Shown piece by piece: positions 1 to 13,067 of a stretch of DNA of 64,000 bases (position 1 is the first letter of the stretch; each line of letters begins with the position of its first letter). Where the stretch lies: contig CDMY01000235.1 in assembly GCA_001179505.1 (NCBI GenBank), positions 93,322-157,321 of the forward strand, in the 5' to 3' direction. Made by a program: the position numbers and the translations under genes. The stretch comes from Vitrella brassicaformis CCMP3155 (lineage: Eukaryota; Protista; Chromerida). The notes below the pieces were generated by a model. It saw only the letters and a list, made by a program, of their open reading frames with translations. It made no database searches and was not told the origin of the DNA.

Positions 1-3000
1 AAAGCTTGGGCGCCCCTCTTGGTCCCGGCGTAGGTCATGAGCGACGATAGGAGTGACGACAGCAGGCAGGCAGCCATGAAGCGCTCCCGGAGCTGCACAG
101 CGCCGCCAAGTGGCAGTGAGGCCAGGTACCGCTCTCGCTGGGTGACGCCGTCGTAATACGGAAAGGCGCGGGGTGGGGTCAGCAGCAACGACATCCCACA
201 CAGCCGCTCTTCCACTACCGAGTCTTGCCCTGCGCGTGCCAGCAGAGCGGTCAGCAGGGATGACGTATTCACAGGGGACAGGGTCCGCAGCCGGTCGACC
301 AGCAATGGCAGCAGACGCCGGTCGAAGACCTCCCAGGGCGAGGAGCGCAAAATCGACTGGTGGCTCCCCGCTGCTGCTGCTGCTGCTGCTGGTGAAGCGG
401 AGGCCTGCCTGCCGGCTGTATTTCCTCCCTGTGTGACGGTGCTGAATGGCGACTGCGCAGGGGTGGGTGGTGGGGCGAAGGGTGCAGGGCTCGGGGGTGC
501 ACCCACCCGGAGGTCGCCTGTTGGGCAGAGGGCCTTGATCATCGACAGGGTATTCATGCCGTTGGTGACGGCGGCGAGCACGCCATGCTGGGTGGCGTGG
601 ATCAGACACACAAGGTCGGTATCGGTGTCGTTGGGGAGCGTGTCGTCGAGCGAGAAGAGGGCGACGGTCGCGAGGGTGAGGTCGGCGATGGCCGGGCCAA
701 AGAGAGACATACTCCCATCCCACGTGTGGTTGTTGAGTGGCAGCTGACCCATGAGCAGCTCCACCAGCGCCTTGAGCGCCATGACCTCCCCCGCTGCCCT
801 CTCCAGATAGACAAACACGCCCCTGCCCCTGCTGATGCGGACGGCCTTGGCCATCTTCTGCACGAACTCGTGAAGCCGCCGTGTCCCCAGTGTGACGATC
901 TGCTTCACCGCTCCCATGTCGCTCCAGTACTCGGACCGCAGGATCTCATCGCTGATGGTGGGCACCAGCCCGGCCTCGCAGATGGACTGCCAGCCGCCAT
1001 CAGGCGATGTCTTGGTGGCCATCTTGTGGGAGGGGTGGGAGAGGATGACTGACGGTGGGGTGGTGACGTCTGTGCTGCTCTCGGCTTGCAGCTGGCCGCA
1101 GGCGTGGGTGAGAACAGCACCAGGCTCGGGGGAGGCGCCACGACTCACTGAACAAGAGAGATGGCACACACAGCGCATCCACGTGCAGATGCAGCCCAGT
1201 CCAATGTGTTTATTGTGCAACTCACCGATGGGCTGTGACGCTCCTCCGCCAGACAGCCCCCTGCTGCCAGCCGGGCCCCCACTCGCACAGGCCATCTCGT
1301 AGTCACTCCCCCACGCCGACCGCAACACCTCGGTCACGACTCTCACGACGAGCATGACGGCGGGGGATCCCTCATGCAGCCACTCTGACGCGAGCGGCTT
1401 GTGGAGGGCCCTGGTGAGTGTGGCGATCACGGCTGGGAGGAACGGGTGGAATGAGGGCGGCGGGGGTGGGTCGGGGGAGAGCGGCTCGAGCAGGGAGTAC
1501 TTGAGTGAGTGGCGACAGGCGCGGATGAGGGAGAGCAGGGAAGACAGGACGTCCACCTGAGCAGTGCGATAGGACTCGTCGATGCACACCTGACCGCGGA
1601 ACGGAACCCCCACACACATCCATGGGCCCTCCATCCGATAAGATAACCCTATTTGCTTTACTCACCTGGCTGCGCATCTGTCCAAGGACATCCAGTGACC
1701 CCTGTCGCTCGTTGGCCAGCTGCCTCAGGCGAGTGCCATTGGGCGACAGAGAAGACCGCGTCGGCGACGATGGGAGCGGGACGGGCGGCAGGGCGTCTGG
1801 GGGAATGTTGGCCGCAAAGTGGACGAGCAGAAAGTCAAACGACGGTGCCTCGTACTGGAATGATGTCCCCCGCTGGAACGGAGACCTGGCAAACAGATGG
1901 GAGGGACGGATGTGTGTGCATTGGTTTGTGTCCGGCTTGTGTGTGTGTGTGTTGGCTCTGATCATCCCCCCCTCACTGACCTGAACTCCTGCAGCGATCT
2001 GATGAGTCGCATTGGCACATCGCCGACCTCCACCGGCCCACCTCGGCCCTGTCCGTTGTCGCCCTCTTTGCCCCCCGTCCCCTCATCCAGCTCGCCGCGC
2101 TTGCCTTCGTTCGGCAGCTCCCCCATCCCACAAGCAGAGGCGACGGCACACGCCAAGTACGACGCCATGACACTCTCTGCCGCCTGGTCGCCGCCACACA
2201 GGTCCAGGGCATAAATGGCAGAGCCTGACGTGGATGTGGATGTGGGCGCGATGCGGGGCACACTGCCGCTCTCGGGGATAACGGTGCCGAATGTGGGTGT
2301 CTGGAGGTAGACGTAGTCGCTGCGGACGGGGGTTGTGGGGGGTCCCTTTGGGGTCCTCTGCTGGTACGGCGATGCCCGGATGGGTGTGGCTGCTGCTGAG
2401 CGGGAGGGGGTAGTCATGGCGCTCCTCCTCCCCCTGCATGCTCGATAATGTGACTCAGACGAGCCCCTCTCTCGCTCCGGTGCCCCGTCATCCCAGCTGC
2501 CGGCAGCCCCGCCCTCGCCCGCCTCGCTGGGCCGCAGCCACGCCGGAAGGATGCCGATCTTCGACAATACGCGCAGAAACGATCTCCGGCGATCAAACCC
2601 CGAAGGCAGTCCGTGCGCCATGCCCCAGATGACAGATGGGATCCGGCTGCTCGGTGCCGCCGCGGCAGCAGCAGCAGCAGCAGCTGGTGGTGTCTTGTCT
2701 GGCGAGAATGATGGGTCGGGCGACAACTTGGCGAAAGAGTCAGACGAGCCGAAGAGTGCGTCGACGACGGAAGTGTTGTGGCTGAGGAAGCGGACGAAGG
2801 TGACGAATGGAGTGGGGAGGTGCGTCTCGACGGGCTGAGGCGGCACCTCCTCGATGGGTGCGAGCGGCGGCATCAGGCGGCTGGTGGGCTTCTTGTCTGG
2901 CGGGGTGTGCGTGTCGCCGCCAGTGGGGCGGATGGATGTGCGGAGGTGGGTGTCCATGTGCGCCAGGGCGATGGCTGCGATGCGGAAGACTGAGCTGAGG

Positions 3001-6000
3001 GCGGCCATGACCTCGGTACTGACCCGCAGAGAGCCGGGGGTGGCGGTGGCTGTTGGGAGGTTGGGGGGGTAGGGCATGTCGCTCTCGACGGGGCTCTCCC
3101 AGGGGACGAGCAGGTCATCCTCTAACACATGCCAGCCGGGGCTGTCGCTATTCTCGTTCTCACCTGAACAAAGCACAAACCGACAAAGTCCATCTTTGTC
3201 GCGACCCCGGGACCCTCAACTCACCTGTGTCCATCAAGCCTCGTTCGCCCCCGACCGTCCCCCACACCGCCACGAGATGCTCACCCACCTCGGTCAGCAG
3301 CCCCCACCCGCCCTTATCAGTCCACGTCTCGAAACCCTTCATCGACGTGTCACTCAGCAGCACCATCTCAATCGCACCAAGGCACGACCGAAGCCATCCA
3401 TACGCCCCCAGCCACGGCCGGAATGGCTTTGAGAAGAGCTCGGTGGCATACTTGCATCCTTTGAGAGCGTGTTGCAGATCCGTGTGGAGGGCCGAGAGGA
3501 GGGAGGGGGTGCGGGGGGCAGATGTGGGGGACGACGGCAGCGGCGTGGACGAATGGCTGCCGAAGAAAAGCCCTGGCTGCAGCCTGATCGAGTGACGAGA
3601 AGCAAGAACACACACAGTCAGTTTCTTTGACCCCACTCCCTCTAATACACTCCCCCTCACTGACCGTGTCCCAATGGCGATCAAGTGCAGCGTCCTGATG
3701 TGTGCCGCCAGCTGCCTTCCCCCGTCCTCTGCGTTGACCATCTCCTCGGCAGGCTCCTCGCTGCGCACGTCGTCAGCCAGGCCGCCCAGCAGGGCCTTGT
3801 CGACCATGTGGGTGGCAAACCTGTCGGCCGATGGGAGCGGGGCCGAGGGGGAAGACGACAGAGTGAGGGACTGGGGCACTGTGGAGGGAAGCGCCACGGT
3901 GCGCAAGAGATGGGAGAGGGAGGGGACGGGCTCGCGGGGCGTGACGCCCATGTCCACTGCTGCAGGCAGGCAGGCAGGCAGGCAGGCAGCCAAGGAACAC
4001 TTGTGTGGTGTGCGTTTCTTCTCACTTGTGTGCGCGCGTGTGCCGTCTGTACCTCTCTGGTGGTATTGTTGCCAGAACATGCACATTAGAGTGAGGGCCT
4101 CCGTCGCGATGCCGTCCCACATTTGCTCAACAAGATAGGCATACAGCGACGTCACGACGTTCAGCCGCTCCCAGCTGACGGGCCGCTCCCTCTCCCGCTC
4201 CCCATCCTGCTCCCACACAGCCGCCACCAGCCAGCCCACACTGCTGTCCGTCACCAGACCCAGACCGCTCGGCGGCTCCGTCTGCGTCAATTGCTCCCAC
4301 ATGTGGGCGGCAAGAGCGTCGAACATGGAGGACCTGGACGAGGCGGCCACGGTGCGCATGATCTCCAGGAAGCACAGCAGCGCATCCCGCAGCAGGCGGT
4401 CCGCAACGATGGTGGGCTCCTTCGCGAGTTGTGCTGGCAGGGGGGGCGGCGGGTCGTCAACGAAAAGGCCGTTGTCACTCTCAGCTTGGCCACCAGAGGG
4501 GTAGACCTCAACCACGCCGGGGATGAATGGTGGGTGCATGACGCTTGCCAGCTCCTCCGGTGTGACCCAATCGTATGTGTAGTGCGCCACGGGTGAGGTG
4601 TAGATGTGTGGGTAGGCCGTCTCCTTCGCGAGATGCCTGGCGTGGTCTAGGAGGGGCGAGGAGAGCGTGATGAGCCAGCAGGGGGCCGAGGGGTTGGCTG
4701 ACACACTGTATGCCGAGAGGGTCTGCAGGAGGGTGCGGGGGAAGGATGACGCGTCAAGCTCCTCTAGAATCATGGCGCTCATCTGAACCCACCCACAAGG
4801 CCACACAGGATTGCTTCCTTCTTTGATCTCTGTGTTTGTGTATGTCGCGTGTGGCTCCCTCTCTTCCTGCTCACTCGGTTGAGGTACGACACCGCTCTAG
4901 ACACGATTGTAGAGGGCGACACGGTCGGCAGGCTCACCTGCTGCACACACACACACACACACACACTTCCTTACACGGAGTGCAGTACAAATGCAGTCAG
5001 AGTTCGTAGTGCCGTTTTCTCTACACACCTGTCCCGAGGTCCACGTTTCTTGGCTGATGCTCTCCGGCAGCGGCCAGTTGAAGAGCCGCAGCGACCGCAC
5101 CAAGGACGACGCCACACTGACGCAGAGACGGGCCAACCTCCACCTACCACAGACGGCAACACACTCACACGTACCACACCGAGAGAATGTCCCTCGTGAA
5201 AGCTTTGTCCTACTTCTGCTCCTGCTGCTGCACTGGCCAGGAGGGCAGGCGGGCCCACACGACGCCCAGCACATGCCGCACCAGCAGACGCAACATCTCC
5301 AGCTGCGACCATGGAGCACCGGGCTGACGAGATGTGGACATGGATGTGGTGACGCTATCGATCGGCATCGAGTCGTCCGGGGGAGGCAGCTGACGTCATA
5401 AATGATACACACAGCATACATGGGTGTGAGTGAGGATGCCGTGTGCGTATGTGCCCTGGTAGCTCGTGCATACTGACCTGTGCGAGTGCCACGGCGGCTG
5501 CCATGATGGCCACAGCGGCCTTACCCGCATGGCTCGGCGACACGCCACTGCTGGCAATCGGGGCCTCCTCCTACACACACGTCAGCCGTACCAACCAACC
5601 AAGACATTTCACACGCGCACTGTGTGTGTACCTTACCTCTGGTATAGCCCTGCTGGCCATTGCGGCCTGCTGCTCCCACGAGATGCTCCAGCACTCCGGG
5701 GGGCAGGTGCATGGCGACAGGAGCGTCGCGATGAGGGTCAGAGCCGACTCGCTCACCGGATACAGCCCGCTCTGCTTCTCGTCACTATCCACAACTGCAC
5801 AGCACACATGACGGAGGAAACAACACACACAACAACACCGATAGATATCAAGTATGGCCACTCACCACCCTTCAGTCCCCTCCCTCCCTCCCCGACTCAC
5901 CGGCTACGAGCATCTCGCATAGCTGTCTGGCGCTCATGAGTCGCCAGCCCCACGTGCTGCCCATGCCAGCAGCGCCCCTGTCGTTGACCAGAGTGCCGTC

Positions 6001-9000
6001 GTCGCGACACCGATCCAACAGGGTCAGCAAGATCCAGTGGGAGTGAACCGTCTCGCTGCTCAGAAACACACTCTGAACACAACACAACACAAGACAGCAA
6101 ACAACATACATGACGCGAGAATCAGTCCATCCACCGCTTGGCTTACACGTCCGCTGGGCACTTTGTAGGGGAGCAGCGCCGTGTCGCCACTGCCACTGAG
6201 CGTGCCCGCCATCAAGGCACCGATGTACCCCACATCGTCCGCAGCGACGGGCTTGACGCAGCAGGTAAGCCCCCGCAGCGCCACGCTGAGGGCCTCCATC
6301 CCTGCCGCTCCCTCGCCCTCAAGCTGCCGCCTCAAGTCACCGAGTGACAGCAGCGCCAGGAAGCGGTAGGCCATGCTGCACGAGAGGGGGTCGGCGGGCG
6401 GTGTTTGTTCTGCGGCGTGCATGAGTTTGGCTTCGAGGGCCACACGGAAGACGGGGTGGATCTCCAGTAGACGGACAAACAGCTGGGAGATGCGATCGAA
6501 AACTCTGCATACGTGAGAACCAACCGGTATCATTCATGAGAGCTATACGTCCATCCGCTTCGACTAATCGATAGTATCTCACCTCCTAGCTTGTGTAGGC
6601 ACCATCTGGCCCCCGTGCATGACATCCATCAGGCCCTCCCACACCGTCCACAGCAGCTCCATCATCGTCACCCGGCCGTCGAGACCGTTCTCATCCCCTC
6701 CTGCAATGCCACCCAGCCGCCACTTGATGACCTTGACGCCTCTCTGTCTCGTCGACGCGCCCCTTTCTCGAGGGCTGCGCTCTCGCGGAGTGCGCGGCCC
6801 CAGGATGGGCGTGTTGGGCTGAGAACGGGCGGATGATGGGGTCTGCGCACCTGTGAGCCAGTCAAACACGACCTTAACAATCCCCACCTTTTGTTTGTGC
6901 GGCGAGCGTGTGTGGGTGTGTGTCTGCTCTGCTCTGCACTGCGCGAGCCTCACCCACCATGTCTGCCGAGGGGGCTTGTTGACGGCGTTGGGTTGACGCT
7001 TGTCGATGGCTCGCTCCCCGGGAGCACCTCCACTACACCCTCGGAGTTCGGCAGCAGACACTTGGACCGACACTGTGGCGGCGGGGGCGCCTCATCCACA
7101 CCAAACGCCGCCAGTATGCCGCTCCAGAGAGTGAAGGGGCGCGACAGACTCACTCGAGACCCCGCAGCCAGCAGTGATCCAGCAGAGGTGATGGGAGGCG
7201 GTGGCGGCCGCAGCGCTGATGTGGACCTTTCCCCCGGCCCCACGTGCCTTATCGGGCTGTCGTTGAGCGACCGGGGCGTCTGCGGCGAACCACTCGGTGT
7301 CTGCGCGGCCGTGAAGTGGACGTCGCGGGTGATGGGGAGGGTGAGGGACTGCAGCGGCTGGTGCAGTGCCATCAGGAGGGCCACGGCGTTTTCCATCATC
7401 TGCCCGTCAACCTTGCTGTCGGCCGGACCCTGCTGCAGGCCGCCGAGGAGGCCGCTGAGCAGGTCGAGCAGCGGCAGGAGTGAGTAGGGGAGGTGGTCCT
7501 TCAGGTGTGTAGACAGGTAGTGGAGGCCGGTGTGTCCTCTGATGTCGGCCAAGGCGACGGAGCAGAGCTGCGGGTGAGAGGCGTGGAGAGCGCCGGTGAG
7601 CGTTGCGATCCGCCGGAGACCGATCAAGTGGGCGGGGTCGAAGGCAGCGCACACCGCGCGGATGAGCTCCACCACGACCGACTGAGAGACAATAAAGCGG
7701 CATGGATGTGTGTCTGTCGACGTGTATGTATTGTGTTGGGGATGGGATGTGTTGTGGCTGACCCACCACACCACACCACACCTCACCCACCCGGTATTGG
7801 AAGGAGTACTTCATCTGGCTGGTGCGCCTGCTGCCGACAAATCCCATCAACGACCGATTCTCTACCATGTCAACTGCATACCATACACGGACGGACGGGC
7901 AGAACAATAACCAACAGAGGTACAGAGCGGTCAGCCAGCGTCCCCCAGAGTGACTGACTGGCTTACTCAAAGTGAGAGCGAAGATGGGTGTTCTCATCAG
8001 GGCGTGTGCGGTGAAGCCGATCGACGGGCTGCCACCGCCCAGCTCGTCGTCCCTATCGCGGTCATTCAGTGACGCAGCCGACCAGTGCGCGCCCTCACGG
8101 GAGGCCGTCAGACACAGCACAGACGCCCACCCCATCAGCACCAACGACGCCACCGCGGGGCAGTTCTGAACAACCACAGAAACAAACAGACGGGCAGAGA
8201 AGCATCGACGTGGATTGTGAGTTGTGTTGTCCCTGCCGCCCCGCCCCGCCCCGCCGATCCCTCCCTACCCACCATTTCCATGTCAAAGAGCTTCATGAGC
8301 TCGTCTTCCATCGTCCCTGCCGCCCCCTCGGCCATCCCCTCGTTTGTATCGGTCATGGCCCCAGCACCACCGCCACCCCCCATGCTCACACTCATGGCCA
8401 CCTCGCTCACAGCAGCGTTGGTCCGCGGGGTCTGGGATCCGCCCCGGGTCAGTGGTGGTGTGGGTGGCCGCTGGTCGCTGCCCATGCGTGTGTCGAGTGC
8501 CTGCGCCCAGTCCATGCTGAACTGTGTCTGCAGCTGGGCGAGGGTCTCGGCCTGCAGCAGCGGGTGTTTGTCGACAGCGCCGCCCTCGCCGATGTGCCTC
8601 AGACACAAGCCCTCCAGCAGCACCAGGCAACACATGCCGCCCACCTCCCTACACCCCACACAACCACACAGGCATAGCTATAACACACGAAGGGAGGAGA
8701 CTTGGCTGACTGACCTGCTGAGGTGAGTGAGCAGTGGGCTGGTCTTGAGGAAGTGGTGCTCCTCCGCCACCTGCTTCATGATGCCGCTGAAGCGCTGCTC
8801 CCAAAACATGCTCGACAGCTGCTTGAAGCTCGGACCATCCATACCATGCTGCAATGCACACACACACAGACAGACATAACATACAGACATAGGCCAGGCC
8901 GATCCATCATAATGAATGCAATGCACACTGTGGTGTGGTGTGGTGTGGTGTGGGTACGTCTCTGAGGGTCTGCAGCGCGAGCATGCACTTGAGGGTGCCC

Positions 9001-9946
9001 AGCTGCAGCAGCAGGGTCTCCTTGACTGTCTGCTCCGCCATAGCCATCCAGTCCTCCTCGGGCTCCTTGTCTTGACCCTTCGGCTCGGCAAAGCTGCCCG
9101 TCCTGATGAATAAACAGATGAAAAGACTCGTCCATCGATGCAGCCCTCCATCTATCCATCCATAAGTCCACTTGTGTGTGTGCACCCACCTTGGGTCGGT
9201 GTCTGCTTGGGTCTTCTTGCCCGCCGACGCAGCCATGACTCGTTCGGTGCTGGAGAGCTTCTCATATGTGGTCTGCAGCCGCTTGCGGATGTTGTGGTGA
9301 GTGTCCAGGGTGTGCAGGCACTGCTGACAGTCTCGGTACAGCTGGTGACCTGACGACCAACCACACAGACAGTCCACAGACATACGTGTGAGTAATGCCA
9401 GTGCACTCCCTCCCTCCCTGACTCACCAGGGTCGCCTGCAATGCGGAGGACGGCCTCCAGACAGTCGAGCAGCGCACACTGCTCCTCCAGCATCACCCGG
9501 TGCAGCGCCACACACACCGCCGGCCTCATGGCCGCCTCACCGACCCGCCCGTCCAGCAGCCGCCCGTCCACCAGCGGCAGCAACCCGTTGGGCGTCTCGC
9601 CATGCACCACACAGCATCCCTTCTCCAGCTCGTGTGAGTAAGCCTTCAGGCAGCACCAGGCCACCCACTCAGACAGGCTCTCGGTGCCGTCATCTCGAGT
9701 CGGATTTCTCCTGGCCAGCACTTTGGCAGTTGCCTTGACGAGCAGCTTGGTGCATTCGGGCAGATCTGCCGGCAGCGAGGCTCCGGGCGGCGGCGGGGCA
9801 CCGGGCATGTAGAACTCGAGCAGTTTCGAGAGCTTCTGGATGATGACCGAGTCATTGATAATGTCGAGCGGGGCCGATGAGGTGTCGTAGAGGTAGGTCC
9901 TGAGGTACTGATTGGACAGACGGCACAGCGCCCTGTCTGTCGGCAT
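1..9946 (-). CDS. NUP188: Large multi-exon nucleoporin NUP188-like protein; 3' end lies outside the window
   Basis: Spliced N-terminus EEQCALLDCLEAVLRIAGDPGHQLYRDCQQCLHTL ... SFKQLSSMFWEQRFSG ... REVGGMCCLVLLEGLCL aligns by eye with remembered human NUP188 EERTCILRCVLHLLTYFQDERHPYRVEYADCVDKL ... DLLVLTKMFKEQGFG ... RIGYFSALILVEGMDI. Leucine-rich helical exons with GT-AG introns continue on the minus strand and the frame is still open at position 1. The true start may include a small upstream exon. Confidence 0.7.
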
Positions 9947-10104
9947 CACCTGAGTGACTCCGGAGGGACCAAAATGACTCAGTCGCGGGATCTCCGCACT
10001 TGTCGTGAAGATCAGCTACACGATCACATGACGACGCCAGTGGCCGTCATTCTGCTGCAATGCGGGAAAAGGCCGCATTTTCGTGCTCCTCGCTTAAAGC
10101 TCGC

Positions 10105-10127
10105 AAACCCTAGACCCCAAACCCTAG
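10105..10127. promoter_or_regulatory. Two telo-box-like motifs (AAACCCTAG x2) in the divergent promoter between NUP188-like and the racemase-fold gene
   Basis: AAACCCTAG at 10105-10113 and 10119-10127, seen directly. Confidence 0.35.
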
Positions 10128-10247
10128 TCCCTTCGCTTTTTTTGGAGGCTTTTTCGGGATTGCAGGGGGAGAGATCTGCAAACCTCTTTTTCCCTTTGGC
10201 GCTTGCCTGCTGACGTTGCCTCATACTGCCGGCCAGCAGCACCGAAG

Positions 10248-11548
10248 ATGCCGCACCCTCCTGCAGAAGCGCATCAGTTCCCCGAGAAGCGCGATGCCCT
10301 CGGGTGGCGCAAGAAGATGGCCGTCATCATGTAAGGACGGCAAGGCAAGCCAAGGGAGAGAGAGGAGGGGAGGATAAAATGCTGCTACGTATCACATGCA
10401 TGTCTCGTGATTCTCGTGGCGTGTGTGTGCGTCTGTGTGTGGATGCAGCCCTTCCACAAACACGATTGTCGAGCCCGGTGAGCGAAGGCAGCTCATGCAG
10501 CAGCTCAGTGCAGTGCATGCGCATCCTCAATGTATGTTTCTCTGTTGGCTGTGGCTGTGTGCGCGTGTGGTACCGTATGGCTCTTTTGTTTGTTCAGATC
10601 TGTATGACATGTGTCCGCCCGGCGTGACGGTGCACATCTCGCGCATCCACCTGCGAGACCAACGCATGGGCGACAACAAGGAGATGGAGCGCCTGCTCGA
10701 GCAGATACGAGAAGGTTAGTGGATGGGTGGGGATGGGCACACAGCCAGCCAACCAGACAAACAGAGAACGTTCATGAGTATCTATCGGTTCAGAGATCAA
10801 GTATGCGGTTGAGCGTGTGATGACGTGCAAGCCCGACCACATGGTCATGGGCATGTCGGCTGAGACCTTCTGGGGCGGCATGGAGGGCAACAGGCGATTC
10901 AAGAAGGAAATCATCGAGTGGTCCGGGCTCGACGTCGCCACCGGGGCGGAGGCCTGCGAGCGGGCCCTCAAGCTCTTCGGAGCCAAGAAGATCGGGTCAG
11001 CCGCCGCTCACACACACACACACACACACACACACCGCACGAATCGTCAGACTATCTATGGCTCTGTGTGTGTGTGTGTGTGTGTGTGCAGTGTGGTGAC
11101 GCCCTATCAGCCGGTGGGCGATGAGAACGTGATAAAGTTTTTCAACGAGATCGGCTTCGAGGTGGCGGCTCTGGAGGGCCTCAAGTGCGCCACGGCGGTG
11201 GACATCGCCCATGTGCAGGAACACGAGCTGCGCGAGGCACTCAACAAGGTCAACAGTCCTGACGTCGACGCACTCGTACAGGTCGGTCACAACGACAGTC
11301 ACACACACAAGACAGAAAGACACAGAGAGGACAACTGATTGAGGGGCAAATCGTATCTGTGCGTATGTATGTACGGTGGTTGTCAGGTGGGCACGAACCT
11401 GAGCATGGTGCGCTTGGCTGACGAGGCGGAGCGTTGGCTCAAGAAGCCCGTCATCGCCATCAACGCCGCCACCTGGTGGATGGGGCTCCGCGACGCCGGC
11501 ATCGACGACAAGATCTACGGCTGCGGACGACTGCTGCGCGATTTCTGA
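10248..11548 (+). CDS. Asp/Glu racemase superfamily, maleate isomerase / arylmalonate decarboxylase-like protein (6 exons)
   Basis: Spliced product MPHPPAEAHQFPEKRDALGWRKKMAVIIPSTNTIVEPDLYDMCPPGVTVHISRI...MGMSAETFWGG...KKIGVVTPYQP...LVQVGTNLSMVRLADEAERWLKKPVIAINAATWW...LLRDF. The PSTN.vE, VVTPY and KPVI..N.AT.W motifs are typical of the family; all 5 introns are GT-AG and keep the frame. Confidence 0.88.
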
Positions 11549-11669
11549 CTGAGGCAGCTTTCAAGGGCGGCTGACCAAACAGATGAGAGAGAGAGGCAGT
11601 GATAGGTATCGCAGGATCGATCGCAGGCAGGGTGTCTTTTTTCGGTGGAGAGAGCCGTGACACTTCTGT

Positions 11670-11706
<37 letters not shown>

Positions 11707-12020
11707 GAGCGGGAGAGCGATGGGCGGATGGTATGGTATGTATGTGTCCCTCTCTGTGTAATTGTACGGCCCCAAGTTTTTCCGACCCGGGAACATTCCT
11801 TCCTGGTGTGTATGTTTCTCGTGGCAAACTCACTCGCCCGCCCGTCTTCCTCCCTGACTTGGCTGTCGTGTCGTGTTTGTGTACTCGCTGCTGCCACAAA
11901 CCTTTTTGTGTGCGGGTGGGGTGATGTGGGTGGGGCAGACGAGAGCAATGAGAGAAGAGAGAATGAGAGATGGTGTGCGTTCGTTGACACAGCGATACTG
12001 GGTTGTGTGCGGCTAGAGCT

Positions 12021-12121
12021 CCTCCTCTGAGCGATCCTATTGAGGTAGACCGACTTCGGGTCAGGCTGTGCAAGCGCAGGATGACCCGTAGTCGCTCTAC
12101 CTCGGGGAGGTCGATTGGAGG
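12021..12121 (+). ncRNA. Candidate hairpin RNA (pre-miRNA-like fold-back)
   Basis: Arms 12042-12063 and 12082-12103 pair at 20 of 22 positions, with extra apical and basal pairing. No expression evidence. Confidence 0.35.
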
Positions 12122-12578
12122 CGGGACGGCCGACTGACAGATGGATGACAGATGGATGACACACGGCCTTTTGGACATTCGCGGCAGGGTTTAGTGCGTG
12201 CGTGCGTGCGTGTCACCTGATCTCCTCGTGGTGACCGACTGTCTGTGTGTGCATTGCTTGATGTGCCGCGGACAGACAGACAGACAGACAGAGGAACGAG
12301 GACAACACCGTGCACGCAGGCACGCATGAGTCCAGCCACGCGTCAACGTGCAGAGGGCATTACATTGTTGGGTGAAATTCTAAGCGCATGCATTTGTTCG
12401 AACATTGATCTGGAGGACGGGCAATGACACAGACAGATCTGCCGCTGCTCGGCTGTCGAACTGTCGTGTGCGTGTTCAGCCCCAGTGCAGTTTCACTGGC
12501 TGCAGATCGACCAGTCACGATCATCCACTACGTCTTCCCTGCTGCCTGTTTCTCCTCCTGTGCACCTCTCTCACAGCC

Positions 12579-13035
12579 ATGATGTCGCCTTCCTTCAGCC
12601 TGATCTCTCTTTTGTGCGTCCTCTGTGATGCTGCCGCCTTCGACCTCGACAGCTTCGCCCGCTTTGTGCCGACAGAGAGCAGCAGCAGCGATGTGAAGCT
12701 GTCACTCAGCCATCAGCAGACCACTCAGCTGACCGACAGTGACGAGAGAGAGGCCACCTTTGTGAGCTCTCTGTTTCCCCTCTCCCCAGGCGATGTTCTC
12801 AACACGTGAGGCACTCACACACAACATCGCACCGCAAGGCTGCACTGCATGTTTGTGTGCTTTTTGTGTAGGTATCCCTTTGATGTGCCTATTCCCTTGC
12901 CGCGCCAGCCGATGGCAATTCGGTCTCTGTGGGGCGAAATTGTCGACGATAAGAACGTCAGCGTGCCCCTCGATGAGGTAATGCGTCAAGGCCACACCCA
13001 CACCCAGACACAAACACACATGCAGCTGAAGGAAG

Positions 13036-13067
<32 letters not shown>

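Noticed and set aside
585-1052. Long opposite-strand ORFs in the track (also 4123-4596, 21726-22496, 47499-48221, 51642-52517)
   Set aside because: Antisense shadows of real GC-rich coding exons, with no independent motifs.
12041-12048. TGAGGTAG at the start of the hairpin arm equals the first 8 nt of animal let-7
   Set aside because: The rest of the arm is unrelated to let-7; an 8-mer match is expected by chance and let-7 is animal-specific.
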